This document shows, one piece after another, positions 27,323-43,231 of a stretch of DNA of 64,000 bases (position 1 is the first letter of the stretch; the number at the start of each line of letters is the position of its first letter). The position numbers were made by a program, and so were the translations under genes. The DNA lies in assembly GCA_030650425.1 (NCBI GenBank), contig JAUSED010000009.1, positions 223,002 to 287,001 on the forward strand. Direction: 5' to 3'. The notes under the pieces are model-generated. The model saw only the letters and a list, made by a program, of their open reading frames with translations. It was not told the DNA's origin and searched no databases. Source of the DNA: Candidatus Omnitrophota bacterium. Its GTDB lineage: Bacteria > Omnitrophota > Gorgyraeia > Gygaellales > Profunditerraquicolaceae.

Positions 27323-28528
27323 TTAAGCAATAATTTCTGTAACCACGCCTGCGCCTACGGTGTGCCCGCCTTCGCGGATAGCAAAACGCGATTCCTTTTC
27401 CATGGCAATGGGCGTAATTAATTCTACTTCAAAATTAACATTATCACCTGGCATAACCATTTCTACCCCCGTCGGAAGCGTTACATTTCCGGTAACATCG
27501 GTGGTGCGAAAATAGAATTGCGGCCTGTATCCCTTAAAGAACGGCGTATGCCTTCCACCTTCTTCTTTAGTTAAGATATAAACCTGGGCCTTGAATTTGG
27601 TATGAGGTGTGATGGACTTAGGAGCAGCAATAACCATACCGCGCTCGATATCACTCTTCTCAACGCCTCTTAAGAGCAACCCTACATTATCTCCGGCATG
27701 CCCTTCATCAAGTAGCTTACGGAACATTTCGATTCCGGTAACTACTGATTTCTTTACTTCAGGCCTTAGACCGATAATCTCAACTTCTTCACTAAGCTTT
27801 ACCTTGCCGCGCTCGATTCTTCCAGTGGCAACGGTACCTCTACCCTCAATACTGAATACGTCTTCAACCGCCATCAATAGAGGTTTATCCAAATCTCTAA
27901 CCGGTAAGGTAATAAAATCGTCGCAGGCTTTAATTAAATCTAAAATTGGCTTACAATCCGCGCTTGCAGGATCGTTCACTGCAGCCATTGCTTTAGAAGC
28001 GCTGCCACGGATAATCGGAGTTTTGTCTCCGGGATACCCATATTTAGTAAGTAATTCTCTGACTTCCATCTCAACTAGATCTAAAAGTTCATTATCCGTG
28101 ACTAAATCTACTTTGTTTAAAAACACGACCATGGAAGGAACATTAACCTGCCTTGCCAAAAGTATATGTTCTCTGGTCTGAGGCATAGGGCCGTCAACTG
28201 CGGAAACCACCAGAATAGCGCCATCCATTTGAGCGGCACCGGTGATCATATTCTTGATATAATCGGCGTGGCCTGGACAATCAATATGAGCGTAATGACG
28301 GCTATCTGATTCATACTCAACGTGGGCAACAGAAATAGTAACGGTCTTGGTTTCGTCTCTGACCGTTCCACCTTTAGCAATATCAGCATATGCCTTTGCG
28401 GTAGCCTTACCCAACTTAGCCGAAATATTAACAATAGCAGCAGTCAATGTCGTCTTACCGTGATCGATATGTCCGATAGTTCCGATGTTTACGTGTGGCT
28501 TACTCCTTACAAATTTCTCTTTAGCCAT
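27323..28528 (-). CDS. tuf: Elongation factor Tu (PVC-type switch I)
   Basis: [29 protein letters not shown]. Confidence 0.98.
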   Translation of the reverse strand: MAKEKFVRSKPHVNIGTIGHIDHGKTTLTAAIVNISAKLGKATAKAYADIAKGGTVRDETKTVTISVAHVEYESDSRHYAHIDCPGHADYIKNMITGAAQMDGAILVVSAVDGPMPQTREHILLARQVNVPSMVVFLNKVDLVTDNELLDLVEMEVRELLTKYGYPGDKTPIIRGSASKAMAAVNDPASADCKPILDLIKACDDFITLPVRDLDKPLLMAVEDVFSIEGRGTVATGRIERGKVKLSEEVEIIGLRPEVKKSVVTGIEMFRKLLDEGHAGDNVGLLLRGVEKSDIERGMVIAAPKSITPHTKFKAQVYILTKEEGGRHTPFFKGYRPQFYFRTTDVTGNVTLPTGVEMVMPGDNVNFEVELITPIAMEKESRFAIREGGHTVGAGVVTEIIA

Positions 28529-28543
28529 TTTTCCTCCTCTTTT

Positions 28544-30646
28544 TTAACGAAAACTTTTCCTCGTAGAACCGCTAGCTGCGTAACCCGTAACGATTTTTTC
28601 TGCTATATGTGCAGGCACTTCGGTATAAAACGAAGGCTCCATTGTATAGGATGCACGGCCTTGTGTCAAGGATCTTATTATAGTCGCGTAATTAAAAACT
28701 TCGGCTAACGGAATATTCGCTCTAATCGTCCGCAGGTTAAGACGCTGGGCGAGCGAGATTATCTTCGCCCGACGGGAACTTAAGTCCCCGATCACCTGCC
28801 CCATAAATTCTTCCGGTACGATTACTTCCATATCCATAATCGGCTCTAATAAAACTGGGCCGGCTTTTTTTAATCCCTCGTTAAAGGCGAGGGATCCGGC
28901 CATCTGAAAAGCTAATTCCGAAGAATCGACTTCATGGAATGACCCGTCAACCAGAATAACCTTTACGTCAGTAACCGGGTAACCTGCCAGCACTCCTGAT
29001 TTTGCCGCGCCAAAAACTCCCTGCTTTACCGCGGGAATAAATTCACGCGGAATAGCCCCGCTTTTTATTTTATCTTCAAAAGTAATCCCTGTCCCGGGAG
29101 TCTCTTGTGGTTCCATTTCAACAACGCAATGTCCGTACTGGCCCCGGCCACCGGACTGCGAAATGAATTTTCCTACTGCCCTTACCTTTTTTGTCAATGT
29201 CTCGCGATAGGCGACCTGCGGCTGGCCTACCTGGGCTTCAACATTAAATTCGCGCAAAATCCTGTCGATAATTATCTCCAGATGCAGCTGGCCCATCCCG
29301 GCAATCAGGGTTTGCCCGGTCTCCTGATTGTAAGTTACCCTAAAAGATGGATCTTCATCTTCAAGTTTATGCAGGGCAAGCCCGAGTTTCTCCTGCGCAT
29401 CTTTAGAAGCAGGCTCAATGGCCTGCTGAATAACCGGCTCGGGAAAACGCATCGCCTCAATTAATATATGATTATTTTCCGTACAAAGAGTCTCCCCTGT
29501 CTTGGTATCTTTTAATCCGACCAAAGCCGCGATCTCACCGCAAGAAACACTCTCGACAACTTCCTGCCGGTTAGCGTGCATTTTTACAATCTTGGTTACT
29601 CTCTCTCTTTCTCTTTTGGAAGCATTATATATATACGTACCTGAGCTTATAGTGCCTGAATATACCCTGATAAAAAATATTTTTCCTACGTAAGGATCTG
29701 TGGCTACCTTAAAACATAACGCGCAGAAAGGCGCTTTTTCCGAGGCCTTAATCTCTTCAAACTCGCCTGTCTCAGGATTGGTCCCTTTAATAGGAGGCAC
29801 ATCAATAGGAGAAGGAAGGTAATCCTTGACAGCATCCAGAACTAATTGTACTCCTTTATTCTTAAAAGCCGAACCACAGAGAACCGGAACAAATTTGTTG
29901 GCAATAACGCCCTTCCTTATAGCTTCTTTTAATACGGCTACAGGAATATCTTTACCGTGCAGATAATCTTCCATAATTTTATCGTCTACCTCGGCAAGCC
30001 TCTCAAGCATAATTGTCCGCTGTTTCTCTACTTCAGGCATTGCTTCAGCGGGAATATCCTTAATTTCAACTTCTTTACCTAAATCATCCTTAAAATAAAT
30101 CAGTTTCTTCTCGATTAAATCTATAATTCCTTTAAATTCCGCGTCTTTACCATACGGAAGCTGGATAGGCGCGGCATTAGTCCCCAGCCTCTTATGCATC
30201 TGGTCTATCGCCTCTAAGAAATTACTTCCTACCCTATCCATCTTATTCACGAAAGCAATCCTAGGCACGCCATAACGGTCGGCCTGGCGCCAGACTGTCT
30301 CTGACTGCGGCTCAACTCCGCCTACGCCGCAGAAAACTACGACAGCCCCGTCTAAAACCTTAAGCGATCTTTCTACTTCAATCGTAAAATCCACGTGGCC
30401 CGGGGTATCAATCAGGTTAATATGGATATCTTTCCAAGTGCAGGTGGTTGCGGCCGCGGTTATGGTAATACCTCTTTCCTGTTCCTGAACCATCCAATCC
30501 ATGGTCGCGGTCCCTTCGTGAACTTCTCCTAATTTATAATTTCTTCCAGTATAAAAAAGGACGCGCTCGCTGGTCGTAGTTTTACCGGCGTCAATGTGCG
30601 CGATAATCCCGATATTTCTAATTTTATCTAGGGGTATCTTTTCCAT
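28544..30646 (-). CDS. fusA: Elongation factor G
   Basis: [31 protein letters not shown]. Confidence 0.98.
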   Translation of the reverse strand: MEKIPLDKIRNIGIIAHIDAGKTTTSERVLFYTGRNYKLGEVHEGTATMDWMVQEQERGITITAAATTCTWKDIHINLIDTPGHVDFTIEVERSLKVLDGAVVVFCGVGGVEPQSETVWRQADRYGVPRIAFVNKMDRVGSNFLEAIDQMHKRLGTNAAPIQLPYGKDAEFKGIIDLIEKKLIYFKDDLGKEVEIKDIPAEAMPEVEKQRTIMLERLAEVDDKIMEDYLHGKDIPVAVLKEAIRKGVIANKFVPVLCGSAFKNKGVQLVLDAVKDYLPSPIDVPPIKGTNPETGEFEEIKASEKAPFCALCFKVATDPYVGKIFFIRVYSGTISSGTYIYNASKRERERVTKIVKMHANRQEVVESVSCGEIAALVGLKDTKTGETLCTENNHILIEAMRFPEPVIQQAIEPASKDAQEKLGLALHKLEDEDPSFRVTYNQETGQTLIAGMGQLHLEIIIDRILREFNVEAQVGQPQVAYRETLTKKVRAVGKFISQSGGRGQYGHCVVEMEPQETPGTGITFEDKIKSGAIPREFIPAVKQGVFGAAKSGVLAGYPVTDVKVILVDGSFHEVDSSELAFQMAGSLAFNEGLKKAGPVLLEPIMDMEVIVPEEFMGQVIGDLSSRRAKIISLAQRLNLRTIRANIPLAEVFNYATIIRSLTQGRASYTMEPSFYTEVPAHIAEKIVTGYAASGSTRKSFR

Positions 30647-30650
30647 TTTT

Positions 30651-31121
30651 TTACCAGCGGAAGTGGGCGAATGCTTTATTCGATTCAGCCATCTTATGCG
30701 TATCGTCTCTTTTCTTAATCACCGCGCCTTCTCCTTTATAGGCGGCAATAATCTCATCTGCCAATTTCTGGTCCATAGGCTTGCCTTTCTTATTCTGAGC
30801 AAAATCCCTTAACCAACGCAAGGCTATAGATGTGCCACGCTCCTGACGAACTTCAATAGGAACCTGATAAGTCGCGCCTCCTACCCTGCGCGGTTTTACC
30901 TCTAAACGCGGACGGGCGTTATCCAACGCTTTATAAAAAACTTTCAAGATGTCCTGCTCATTAAGATTCTTTTTGACAATTTCAAACGCGCCGTAAACTA
31001 TTTTCTCGGCAATCGCCTTCTTACCTTCAAGCATAACCATATTTACAAATTTAGCTACGATTTTACTGTTAAGTTTTGGATCTGGCAATACTACTTTTTC
31101 TTGAGCTTTTCTGCGTCTCAT
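30651..31121 (-). CDS. rpsG: 30S ribosomal protein S7
   Basis: [23 protein letters not shown]. Confidence 0.98.
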   Translation of the reverse strand: MRRRKAQEKVVLPDPKLNSKIVAKFVNMVMLEGKKAIAEKIVYGAFEIVKKNLNEQDILKVFYKALDNARPRLEVKPRRVGGATYQVPIEVRQERGTSIALRWLRDFAQNKKGKPMDQKLADEIIAAYKGEGAVIKKRDDTHKMAESNKAFAHFRW

Positions 31122-31489
31122 TTAGGCCTCTTTGCTCCGTATTTTGAACGTCCCCTTCTTCTCTGGTTAACCCCTGAGGCATCCAATGTGCCTCTTACAA
31201 TATGATATCTTACGCCTGGTAAATCCTTAACTCGACCGCCTCTAACTAAAACTATGGAATGCTCCTGAAGGTTATGCCCCTCTCCAGGTATGTAAGCGGT
31301 AACTTCTATCCCGGTAGTCAGCCTGACTCTGGCAATTTTACGTAAAGCAGAATTCGGTTTCTTGGGTGTCATCGTACGCACCTGTAAACAAACCCCGCGC
31401 CTCTGAGGGCAAGCCTTTAAAGCCGGCGACTTGCTCTTCTTTTTTTTGGAAACCCTTCCGAACCTGATCAACTGCGAAATTGTGGGCAT
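31118..31489 (-). CDS. rpsL: 30S ribosomal protein S12
   Basis: [21 protein letters not shown]. Confidence 0.98.
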   Translation of the reverse strand: MPTISQLIRFGRVSKKKKSKSPALKACPQRRGVCLQVRTMTPKKPNSALRKIARVRLTTGIEVTAYIPGEGHNLQEHSIVLVRGGRVKDLPGVRYHIVRGTLDASGVNQRRRGRSKYGAKRPK

Positions 31490-31493
31490 ATGT

Positions 31494-35503
<4,010 letters not shown>

Positions 35504-35504
<1 letters not shown>

Positions 35505-38500
35505 TATTTTGCCTTTTCTGTCCGGATATCCAGACCTAAGCCTTGAAGTTCCTTGATTAAAACATTGAATGATTCAGGTGTACCGTGAGTTAGACGCTGT
35601 TCTCCCTTAACAATCGCTTCGTAAATTCTGGTCCTCCCCGCAACATCGTCGCTCTTTACGGTTAACATTTCCTGCAAAGTGAAAGCTGCGCCATACGCCT
35701 CTAATGCCCAAACTTCCATTTCTCCTAATCTTTGTCCGCCAAACTGAGCCTTACCGCCTAATGGCTGCTGAGTAACCAAAGAATAGGGGCCAATGGAACG
35801 GGCGTGTATCTTTTCATCAACTAAATGAATGAGCTTCATCACATACATATAACCTATGGTAACCTTATGGTCGAAGGGTTCGCCGCTATAGCCATCGTAT
35901 AATTGAATTTTTCCGTCTTCAGGTAATCCTGCTTTCTGAAGCATCTCTTTAATTTCTTTCTCGGTGGCACCGTCAAAAACCGGAGTGCCGACATAAAGGC
36001 CGAGCGTTTTAACCGCCCAACCCAAATGACATTCCAGAATCTGTCCCACGTTCATACGTGAGGGTACGCCTAAGGGGTTTAAAACTACCTCCACTGGTGT
36101 GCCATCCGGTAAATACGGCATATCCTCTTCCGGCATTATTCTGGCAACCACACCCTTATTTCCGTGCCTGCCGGCTAACTTATCTCCTTCAGCAAGCCTG
36201 CGCTTAGTAGCAATATAGACTACTACTCTTTTTAAAACGCCGGCTGGAAGCTCATCTCCGCGCCGAACCTTCTCGATCTCCTGTTCCTGCTCAGAGAGTA
36301 ATTCCTGAACCTGCTCATCAAATGAAGCAGCTAAAATTTTGGCTTCTTCATTATCGTTAAAATCAAATTTTTCAACTTTCTTCTTATCAATACCTAGAAG
36401 CTGGGCGAGACGGGCGATTTTTTCGGTCTGCACAAATTCTACTTCTTGTTTATAGTAGGCTTTTAATTCACGGATTTTAGCTAATTCCTTAGTCTTCTCT
36501 TCCTTAGATTTTCTGCCGCGATCCTTGCGTGAAAAAACATGCACATCTATGACTACTCCCTGCACGCCCGGCGGAACGATTAAAGAAGTATCCCGCACAT
36601 CGCCGGCTTTTTCTCCGAATATAGCCCTTAAAAGCCGTTCCTCGGGAGAAGGTTCGGAATCAGTCTTCGGCGTAATTTTACCGGCTAATATGTCTCCTGG
36701 ATTAACTTCCGCTCCGAGGCGGATAATCCCGGTTTCATCCAGATTCGCTAATGCTTCTTCGCTGACATTCGGGATATCGCGGGTGATTTCTTCGTTACCT
36801 AACCGGGTTTCCGTTGCCTCAATTTCAAATTCTTCTATATGGATAGAAGTAAAAGCGTCTTCTTTCACCAATTTTTCACTAATCAGAATAGCATCTTCAA
36901 AATTATAGCCGCGCCAAGGCATAAACGCGACTAAGACATTCTTGCCTAAGGCCAATTCTCCCCCCTTAGTAGCAATACCATCAGCAATCACTTCTCCCTG
37001 CTCAATCCTATCTCCGAGTTTGACAATCGGCCTCTGATTAAGACAAGTGTCATTATTCGTGCGTAAAAATTTCATTAAATGATAAATTTTTTTCCCTATG
37101 GTAATGGAAGAGGCATCAATACTGGTAACCTTGCCTGAGTCTTCCGCGACCAGTACAGTCCCGGAATCGCGGGCGACTTTTTCCTCCATCAGCGTCCCGA
37201 CTAAAGGCGGCTCGGTAATCATCAGGGGCACGCCCTGTCTTTGCATATTTGAACCCATCAGCGCGCGGTTAGCATCATCATGCTCTAAGAACGGGATCAA
37301 AGAAGCGGCCACAGAAACTAATTGTTTTGGAGAAACATCCATATATTGCACCTGCTTAGCCGGAATTTTCGGGAAATCATTTTTGTAACGGCAGGATATC
37401 TCTTTTTCTACAAAATAGCCACTTTCATCCAAAGGAACGTTGGCTTGGGCAATAATCATATCTTCCTCGATATCCGCGGTTAAGTATTCCACCTTTTTGG
37501 AGACCTTCCCGTCTTCAACCTTCCGGTAAGGCGTCTCAATCAAGCCCAAAGAATTCACTCTGGCAAAAGTACTTAAAGACGCGATTAAACCGATATTCGG
37601 ACCTTCGGGAGTTTCAATCGGGCAAACCCGGCCATAGTGCGAAGGATGGATATCTCTTACTTCAAAACCTGCGCGCTCGCGGGATAAGCCGCCCGGGCCT
37701 AAAGCGCTTAGGCGCCTCTTGTGCGTCATCTCGGCTAAGGGATTAATCTGGTCCATAAACTGGGATAACTGGCTGCGGCCAAAGAAATCACGGATCTGAT
37801 TGGATAGTAATTTGGAATTGATCAGGTAATGCACGTTAATATTATCGAATTCACTCAATATGCTTAATCTTTCGCGGATTGACCGCTCTACGCGCGATAA
37901 ACCGATGCGTACCTGATTCTGCACCAACTCACCGACCGTCTTAACCCTGCGGTTTCCCAAATGGTCAATATCGTCTATTTTTCCAATACCGGATTTTAAA
38001 TTAATCAAATACTCTATTACTTTAATTATAGTATCGGAATCAAGGATCCTCTTATCAAGCGAAACATCCATGCCTAATTTTCTATTCAGGATAAATCTTC
38101 CTGCCCGCTCTAAATCGTAACGCGCCGTGTCAAAAAATAACCTGTAGAATAAAGCCTCGGCCGCCTCTTTAGTCACCGGTTCGGTAGGACGCATCTTGCG
38201 GTAAAAATCCATATAGGCTTCTTCTTTATTTTTAGTATAATCTTTTTTTAGGGTATTGGTAATCTCGGGGTATTCTTTGCCGAACGCGGCGATGATATCT
38301 TTATCTTCGGAAAAACCTAAAATTCTTAAGATCTGTGTTGCGGGAAAATTTCTGCGGCGGTCAACATAAGCCAAAATTGTTTCGGTCAGGTCGTATTTAA
38401 ATTCCAGCCAAGCTCCGCGGTAGGGAATCACTCTGCCGTAAAAAATCTTTTTTCCGGTAGGATGAAGCTCTTCTTCGAAAGAAACTCCGGGAGAACGCTG

Positions 38501-38908
38501 CAATTGGCTAACCACCACGCGTTCATCACCGTTAATAATAAAGGTACCTGTCTGGGTCATTAAGGGTAACTCTCCGAAGTAGGCGTCCTGCTCTTTAGTC
38601 TCTTTAGGAGTGGTCAGGCGAAATTTTACTTTAAGAGGGAGGGCATGCGAAAGACTCCTTGTTTTAGATTCAGCCAGGTTGTATTTCGGCTTACCCAAAG
38701 TATAGCTGATAAATTCAAGTTTCACAGCGCGGTTCGGGCTTTCAATAGGAAAGATCTCTTCGAAAACCTCCTGCAGCCCCTGATGCTTTCTTTCGCCCGG
38801 CTTGGCATCTAACTGTAGAAATTCGTGGTAAGCCTCCAGCTGAACATCTAAAAGATTAGGTATATTATAGACTTCTTTGATCTTGGCAAAGCTTTTACGT
38901 TTTATCAT
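35504..38908 (-). CDS. rpoB: RNA polymerase beta subunit (start corrected to MIKRKSF; the ORF-track extension is repeat-derived)
   Basis: [48 protein letters not shown]. Confidence 0.98.
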
Positions 38909-38937
38909 ATTTTTCCGCTTATCTAGCTGCCAGCACG

Positions 38938-38986
38938 TATCTTGTCGTGGGACAGTCCCCTGCGGGGACAGTCCCCCTACTGGCAA
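38938..38986 (-). repeat. GTAG-led palindrome element with two GGGACTGTCCC units, between rplL and rpoB
   Basis: TTGCCAGTAG-GGGGACTGTCCCC-GCAG-GGGACTGTCCC-ACGACAAGATA; flanks identical to the 40719 copy. Confidence 0.85.
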
Positions 38987-38994
38987 TAGGGTTT

Positions 38995-39384
38995 TTATTT
39001 TAGCTCTACGGTGGCTCCGGCTGTTTCAAGCTTCTTCTTTATCTCTTCAGCCTCTTCTTTGGTCGCGCCTTCTTTAATCGGCTTAGGCGCTCCGTCAACT
39101 AAATCTTTGGCTTCTTTTAATCCGAGATTAGTGATCGTGCGCACTTCTTTGATTACAGCGATTTTGCTTGCGCCTGCGCTAGTCAAGACTACCGTAAAGG
39201 TAGATTTCTCTTCAACAGCAGCTGCACCAGCTCCGGCTGCGGCTCCACCTGCAGGAGCAGCCATCATCGGCATATTCGCCTTAACCCCGAACTTCTCTTC
39301 AAGGGCCTTGACTAAATCCGCAAGTTCCAAAACAGTCAACCCCTCGATTGATTTGATCATTTCGTCTAATTTTACACTAGCCAT
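38995..39384 (-). CDS. rplL: 50S ribosomal protein L7/L12
   Basis: LEEKFGV, Ala/Gly hinge, [20 protein letters not shown]. Confidence 0.98.
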   Translation of the reverse strand: MASVKLDEMIKSIEGLTVLELADLVKALEEKFGVKANMPMMAAPAGGAAAGAGAAAVEEKSTFTVVLTSAGASKIAVIKEVRTITNLGLKEAKDLVDGAPKPIKEGATKEEAEEIKKKLETAGATVELK

Positions 39385-39395
39385 TTCCTTCCTCC

Positions 39396-39481
39396 TTAAT
39401 GAGCGCTTGACTTACGAACACGCCAGTGTGAGTAAGTCAATGCGCGAATTAACCCAGCCCTTGCATGCAAGGGCTGGGTCA
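39396..39481 (+). repeat. Two-hairpin element (long variant) filling the rplJ-rplL spacer
   Basis: TTAAT-GA-GCGCTTGACTTAC-GA-ACAC-GCCA-GTGT-GA-GTAAGTCAATGCGC-GA-ATTAA plus ACCCAGCCCTTGCATGCAAGGGCTGGGT. Confidence 0.92.
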
Positions 39482-40009
39482 TTACTTAATGTTTTTTTGT
39501 TTTATCTGATCCAAGCAAATAACAAATTTCGCCAATACCTGATTTAGCGTTATAACTAAACCTGATATCGGAGAATTTAATGCCCCGACTACCTGAGCGC
39601 GTAAAACTTCCTTTGAGGGAAGTTTGGACATATATTCTATATCTTTCTTTTCAATGATTTTATCTTTTAAAGTGCCGCCTTCCAGTTTTAATTGTTCGTG
39701 CTCCTTGGTAAAATTGCATAAAACCTGGGATGCGGCTACCGGCTCGTCTTTGATAAAGACCAGGCCGCAAGGGCCGTCAATATTCTTAAGCAAAGGCTCC
39801 AAGCTCGAATCTTTTAATGCCCTGCGGGCAACGCTATTCTTAACCACAAATAAAGAAGCGCGTGAGCTTCTTAATGTCAGCCTTAACGAACAAAGGTCCG
39901 GGCTGGACACCCCGGAGTATTTAACGATAAATACCGCGTCGGAATCTTTCAATGTGCTCTTGATGCGGTTCTCTGAAGCCTCTTTAAATATTAATCCTAT
40001 TTTTTTCAT
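39482..40009 (-). CDS. rplJ: 50S ribosomal protein L10
   Basis: VVKNSVARRA, KLPSKEVLRAQVVGALNSPI; lies between rplA and rplL. Confidence 0.95.
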   Translation of the reverse strand: MKKIGLIFKEASENRIKSTLKDSDAVFIVKYSGVSSPDLCSLRLTLRSSRASLFVVKNSVARRALKDSSLEPLLKNIDGPCGLVFIKDEPVAASQVLCNFTKEHEQLKLEGGTLKDKIIEKKDIEYMSKLPSKEVLRAQVVGALNSPISGLVITLNQVLAKFVICLDQIKQKNIK

Positions 40010-40012
40010 TTT

Positions 40013-40693
40013 TTACACCGCTAAGGTTAACCCCGGATTCATGGAAGCGGTAATCGAAAGGCTCTTGACAAATTTACCCTTGACCGAGCCCGGCTTGGCC
40101 TCATTTAACGCTTCGATCACCCGTGAAGCATTATCATACAATTGATCTTCGCTAAAAGAACTCTTACCTACCGAAAGATGCACCCCTGCCTGCTTGTCAA
40201 CACGAAATTCTACTTTACCTTTCTTTACGTCTTCAATCGCTTTCAATATATCGTTGGTAACGGTTCCGGTTTTGGGACTGGGCATCAGCCCGCGCGGCCC
40301 TAAAACCTTGCCTAATTTGCTTAAATCTTTCATCATCTCAGGAGTAGCGATAGCGCAGTCAAAATTCAGGAATCCGCCGGCGACTTTATCAATTAGATCC
40401 AAACCTCCGACGTAATCCGCGTTGGCTGTGCGAGCGATCTTCTCATGTTCGCCTTTACAGAAAACCGCGACGCGAATCTTTTTTCCGGTGCCATGCGGCA
40501 AGATTACCGTTCCGCGGACCATTTGGTCGCTCTTCTTAGTATCTACGCTCAAATGAAAATGCAGGTCCACCGAACTGTCAAATTTTGTGAGAGCCATCTT
40601 CTTAATCAGAGCGATGGCCTCTTTAAGTTGATATACTTTTTTTCTATCCAGTACTTTCTCTGATTCCTTATACCTCTTGCTGCGAATTTTCAT
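40013..40693 (-). CDS. rplA: 50S ribosomal protein L1
   Basis: VRGTVILPHGTGK, LGPRGLMPSPKTGTV. Confidence 0.98.
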   Translation of the reverse strand: MKIRSKRYKESEKVLDRKKVYQLKEAIALIKKMALTKFDSSVDLHFHLSVDTKKSDQMVRGTVILPHGTGKKIRVAVFCKGEHEKIARTANADYVGGLDLIDKVAGGFLNFDCAIATPEMMKDLSKLGKVLGPRGLMPSPKTGTVTNDILKAIEDVKKGKVEFRVDKQAGVHLSVGKSSFSEDQLYDNASRVIEALNEAKPGSVKGKFVKSLSITASMNPGLTLAV

Positions 40694-40718
40694 TCCTCTA
40701 TCTCCCGCTACTCATACT

Positions 40719-40750
40719 TATCTTGTCGTGGGACAGTCCACTACTGGCAA
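40719..40750 (-). repeat. GTAG-led palindrome element with one unit, between rplK and rplA
   Basis: TTGCCAGTAG-TGGACTGTCCC-ACGACAAGATA. Confidence 0.82.
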
Positions 40751-40756
40751 CGCTAG

Positions 40757-41185
40757 CTAACCCTCTACTACTATTCCCATAGAGCGAGCTGTACCTGCAA
40801 TGACCTTCATTGCCTGAGCCATATCCGCAGTGTTTAAATCTGACATCTTCTGCTTGGCGATCTCTTCGACCTGTTTTTTAGTTACCTTGCCGATAATTTC
40901 CTTGCCGCTTATCCCGGAGGCCTTGGCTAAATTAGCCGCGCGTTTTAAAAGAACCGAAGATGGCGGACTCTTGATAATAAATGAAAACGTCCTATCGTCA
41001 TACACACTGATCACTACGGGCAGAATCAGACCGTCCCTCCCTTTGGTCTGGTCATTAAACTGCTTACAGAACTGCATAATGTTTACGCCATGCTGTCCTA
41101 GTGCCGGACCTACCGGAGGCGCGGGGTTTGCCTGAGCCGCCGGAACGTGAAGCTTAATTTGCGCTTTGATCGCTTTTTTCGCCAT
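40757..41185 (-). CDS. rplK: 50S ribosomal protein L11 (start corrected to MAKKAIK)
   Basis: [31 protein letters not shown]. Confidence 0.97.
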   Translation of the reverse strand: MAKKAIKAQIKLHVPAAQANPAPPVGPALGQHGVNIMQFCKQFNDQTKGRDGLILPVVISVYDDRTFSFIIKSPPSSVLLKRAANLAKASGISGKEIIGKVTKKQVEEIAKQKMSDLNTADMAQAMKVIAGTARSMGIVVEG

Positions 41186-41187
41186 AT

Positions 41188-41715
41188 TTATACCTTTTCC
41201 ACCTGCCAATATTCCAACTCCACCGGAGTTGAGCGCCCAAAAATTGAAACGCTTACCTTAATCTTTCCCTTTTCCGGATGTATCTCATCGATTGTTCCGT
41301 TAAAATTCTGGAATGGGCCTTCGGTAACCCTTACCTGCTCGCCTTTCTCAAAAACAATCTTGGGACTGGGCTTAACTTGGGTATCTTTTGTCTTCTTTAA
41401 AATATTATCTACCTCGCTTTGCGGCAGGGGCATAGGCTTTTTGCCTAAACCAATGAATCCGGTAACTCCGGGAGAACTTTTCACGAATAAATAAGTCTGC
41501 TCGGTCAGTTCCATCTCAACCAATAGATAACCGGGAAAGAACTTCCTTTGAGAAATCTTCTTCTTCCCAGACCTGACTTCAGAGACCTGCTCGGTAGGGA
41601 TAATCACGCTTGAGATAGATTCCTGCAACCCGCTGGCAGAAATCTTATTCTCCAAGGATGTCTTTACTTTATCTTCTAAACCTGTTTGCGTGTGAACTAC
41701 GTACCAGTTCTTCAT
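41188..41715 (-). CDS. nusG: Transcription factor NusG
   Basis: [41 protein letters not shown]. Confidence 0.98.
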   Translation of the reverse strand: MKNWYVVHTQTGLEDKVKTSLENKISASGLQESISSVIIPTEQVSEVRSGKKKISQRKFFPGYLLVEMELTEQTYLFVKSSPGVTGFIGLGKKPMPLPQSEVDNILKKTKDTQVKPSPKIVFEKGEQVRVTEGPFQNFNGTIDEIHPEKGKIKVSVSIFGRSTPVELEYWQVEKV

Positions 41716-41906
41716 TATTTAAATAAAAGGCTTAATAATTTGGAAAGGAACATATCGAGCACTCCGATAAAAATACCCAATATCAAAGTAACTACGATAA
41801 CTACCATTGTGGAGGCCAATAATTCCTCCCGCGTACTCCAGGCGACCTTTCCTAACTCTACCCTTACCTCTTTGATAAAATTTATTGGTTTTGCTATTAT
41901 ATTCAT
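41715..41906 (-). CDS. secE: Preprotein translocase SecE
   Basis: FIKEVRVELGKVAW, single TM helix, directly before nusG. Confidence 0.95.
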   Translation of the reverse strand: MNIIAKPINFIKEVRVELGKVAWSTREELLASTMVVIVVTLILGIFIGVLDMFLSKLLSLLFK

Positions 41907-41940
41907 TAATCTCCCGCTTATCTCTACCGCTTTAAAAATA

Positions 41941-42011
41941 CAGGAGCGGCAGGACTTGAACCTGCAGTCACGGTTTTGGAGACCGTTGGTTTGCCATTAA
42001 CCGACGCCCCT
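41941..42011 (-). tRNA. tRNA-Trp (CCA); 3' CCA not encoded
   Basis: AGGGGCG acceptor, ACGGT-CTCCAAA-ACCGT anticodon arm, GCAGG-TTCAAGT-CCTGC T arm; canonical position before secE. Confidence 0.93.
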
Positions 42012-42018
42012 ATCAAAC

Positions 42019-42168
42019 TCATTTTGTTTCTTTATGCGGGGTATGCTTATGACAGGACTGACAAAACTTGCTTATCTCTAAACGGTCCTGATGCAGTTTT
42101 TTATTTTTTGTCGTCGTATAATTTCTATTCTTGCAAACCGTACACTCTAATGTGATTATCTCGCGCAT
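42019..42168 (-). CDS. rpmG: 50S ribosomal protein L33 (Zn type); below the ORF-track cutoff
   Basis: Hand translation [49 protein letters not shown]. Confidence 0.96.
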   Translation of the reverse strand: MREIITLECTVCKNRNYTTTKNKKLHQDRLEISKFCQSCHKHTPHKETK

Positions 42169-42178
42169 AGTTCTAATA

Positions 42179-42251
42179 AGCTGGAGACGAGAATTGAACT
42201 CGTGACCCCGTCCTTACCAAGGACGTGCTCTGCCAACTGAGCTACTCCAGC
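42179..42251 (-). tRNA. tRNA-Thr (GGT); 3' CCA not encoded
   Basis: GCTGGAG-TA-GCTCAGTTGGCAGAGC-A-CGTCC-TTGGTAA-GGACG...ACGAG-TTCAATT-CTCGT-CTCCAGC-T. Confidence 0.95.
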
Positions 42252-42362
42252 GTACTCTTTATAATTTTATCGCCGGAGGAAGAATCCCGAAAATAAAAAA
42301 AATCCATCCAAGAATTCCTGAGAAATTCTTTTATTTTTATTCTTTTTCCTTAAACTAAAGTT

Positions 42363-42422
42363 ATTATAGCACCTTGACTTACGTGAGCAATAAAATATAT
42401 ACTAAATCGGCAGGTTTGTCAA
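42363..42422 (-). promoter_or_regulatory. Tandem sigma70-type promoters for the tRNA/ribosomal superoperon
   Basis: TTGACA(42422-42417)-17-TATATT and TTGCTC(42390-42385)-16-TATAAT with an extended TG. Confidence 0.65.
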
Positions 42423-43231
42423 GCTTTTTTTGATAAAAATTGTAGATTGGCTAAAAGGGCAAAATTTTCCAGGGTTAAACACTCAGGCCTAATATTGGGG
42501 TTAAGGCCTGTTTTAGTAAAAAAAACGCTCAAGATACCAGGGGTAACTACTTCTTGGAGGCTGTTGCTTAATATCTTTCTCCTTTGATTAAACGCAGAGC
42601 GGATTATCTTAAAAAAAAGCCCTTCGTCCCTAACGGATACGGCTGGCACCTCTCTAATCTTTAATCCTAAAAAAGAGGAATCGACTTTGGGTGAAGGCCT
42701 GAAGCAATTTTTACTAATATGAAAGATAATCTTTGGAACTGTGTAATATTGCACAAAACAGCTAAAAGAACTGTACTCCTTGGAACCGGGCTGAGCCACT
42801 ACTCTGGCGGCAAATTCTTTTTGCACGGTAATGAATATCTCGCTTAAGTATCCGTGAAAATTTAAAAGATGTTCGATAATCGGGCTGGATATATAGTAAG
42901 GTATGTTCCCGAAAACCTTAATCTTGGCTTTAATTTTATTTTGATTAATTAATCGCTCTAAATCTAACTTAAGGATATCCTGATTAATCACCCGGATATT
43001 TTTACGCCCAACTAACGAGTCGGTTAAAGTCTTAAGCAGCCTCCTGTCGATTTCCAGGGCATAAACCTCTCCTGCTCTCTGGCTGATTAATTCAGTTAAC
43101 TCTCCCCTGCCTGAGCCGATCTCCAGAAGAATATCTGTTGGCTTTAAATCCAAGGCGTCAACAATCTTACCCCTGATATTTTGATCGATCAGAAAATTCT
43201 GGCCTAGGCTCTTTTTAGCTGGGATGCGCAT
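42419..43231 (-). CDS. rsmA: 16S rRNA m6,2A dimethyltransferase KsgA
   Basis: KKSLGQNFL, EIGSGRG, GNIPYYISSP, FRPSPKVDS, AFNQRRK. Confidence 0.96.
   Translation of the reverse strand: MRIPAKKSLGQNFLIDQNIRGKIVDALDLKPTDILLEIGSGRGELTELISQRAGEVYALEIDRRLLKTLTDSLVGRKNIRVINQDILKLDLERLINQNKIKAKIKVFGNIPYYISSPIIEHLLNFHGYLSEIFITVQKEFAARVVAQPGSKEYSSFSCFVQYYTVPKIIFHISKNCFRPSPKVDSSFLGLKIREVPAVSVRDEGLFFKIIRSAFNQRRKILSNSLQEVVTPGILSVFFTKTGLNPNIRPECLTLENFALLANLQFLSKKA

Noticed and set aside
38909-38986. N-terminal extension of RpoB ([13 protein letters not shown]...)
   Set aside because: It is a translation of the palindromic repeat from a TTG; homology starts at MIKRKSF (38908).
42275-42350. Structured ncRNA or decayed tRNA in the leader of tRNA-Thr
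   Set aside because: Only a low-complexity purine/pyrimidine imperfect inverted repeat; no cloverleaf or T-loop motif.
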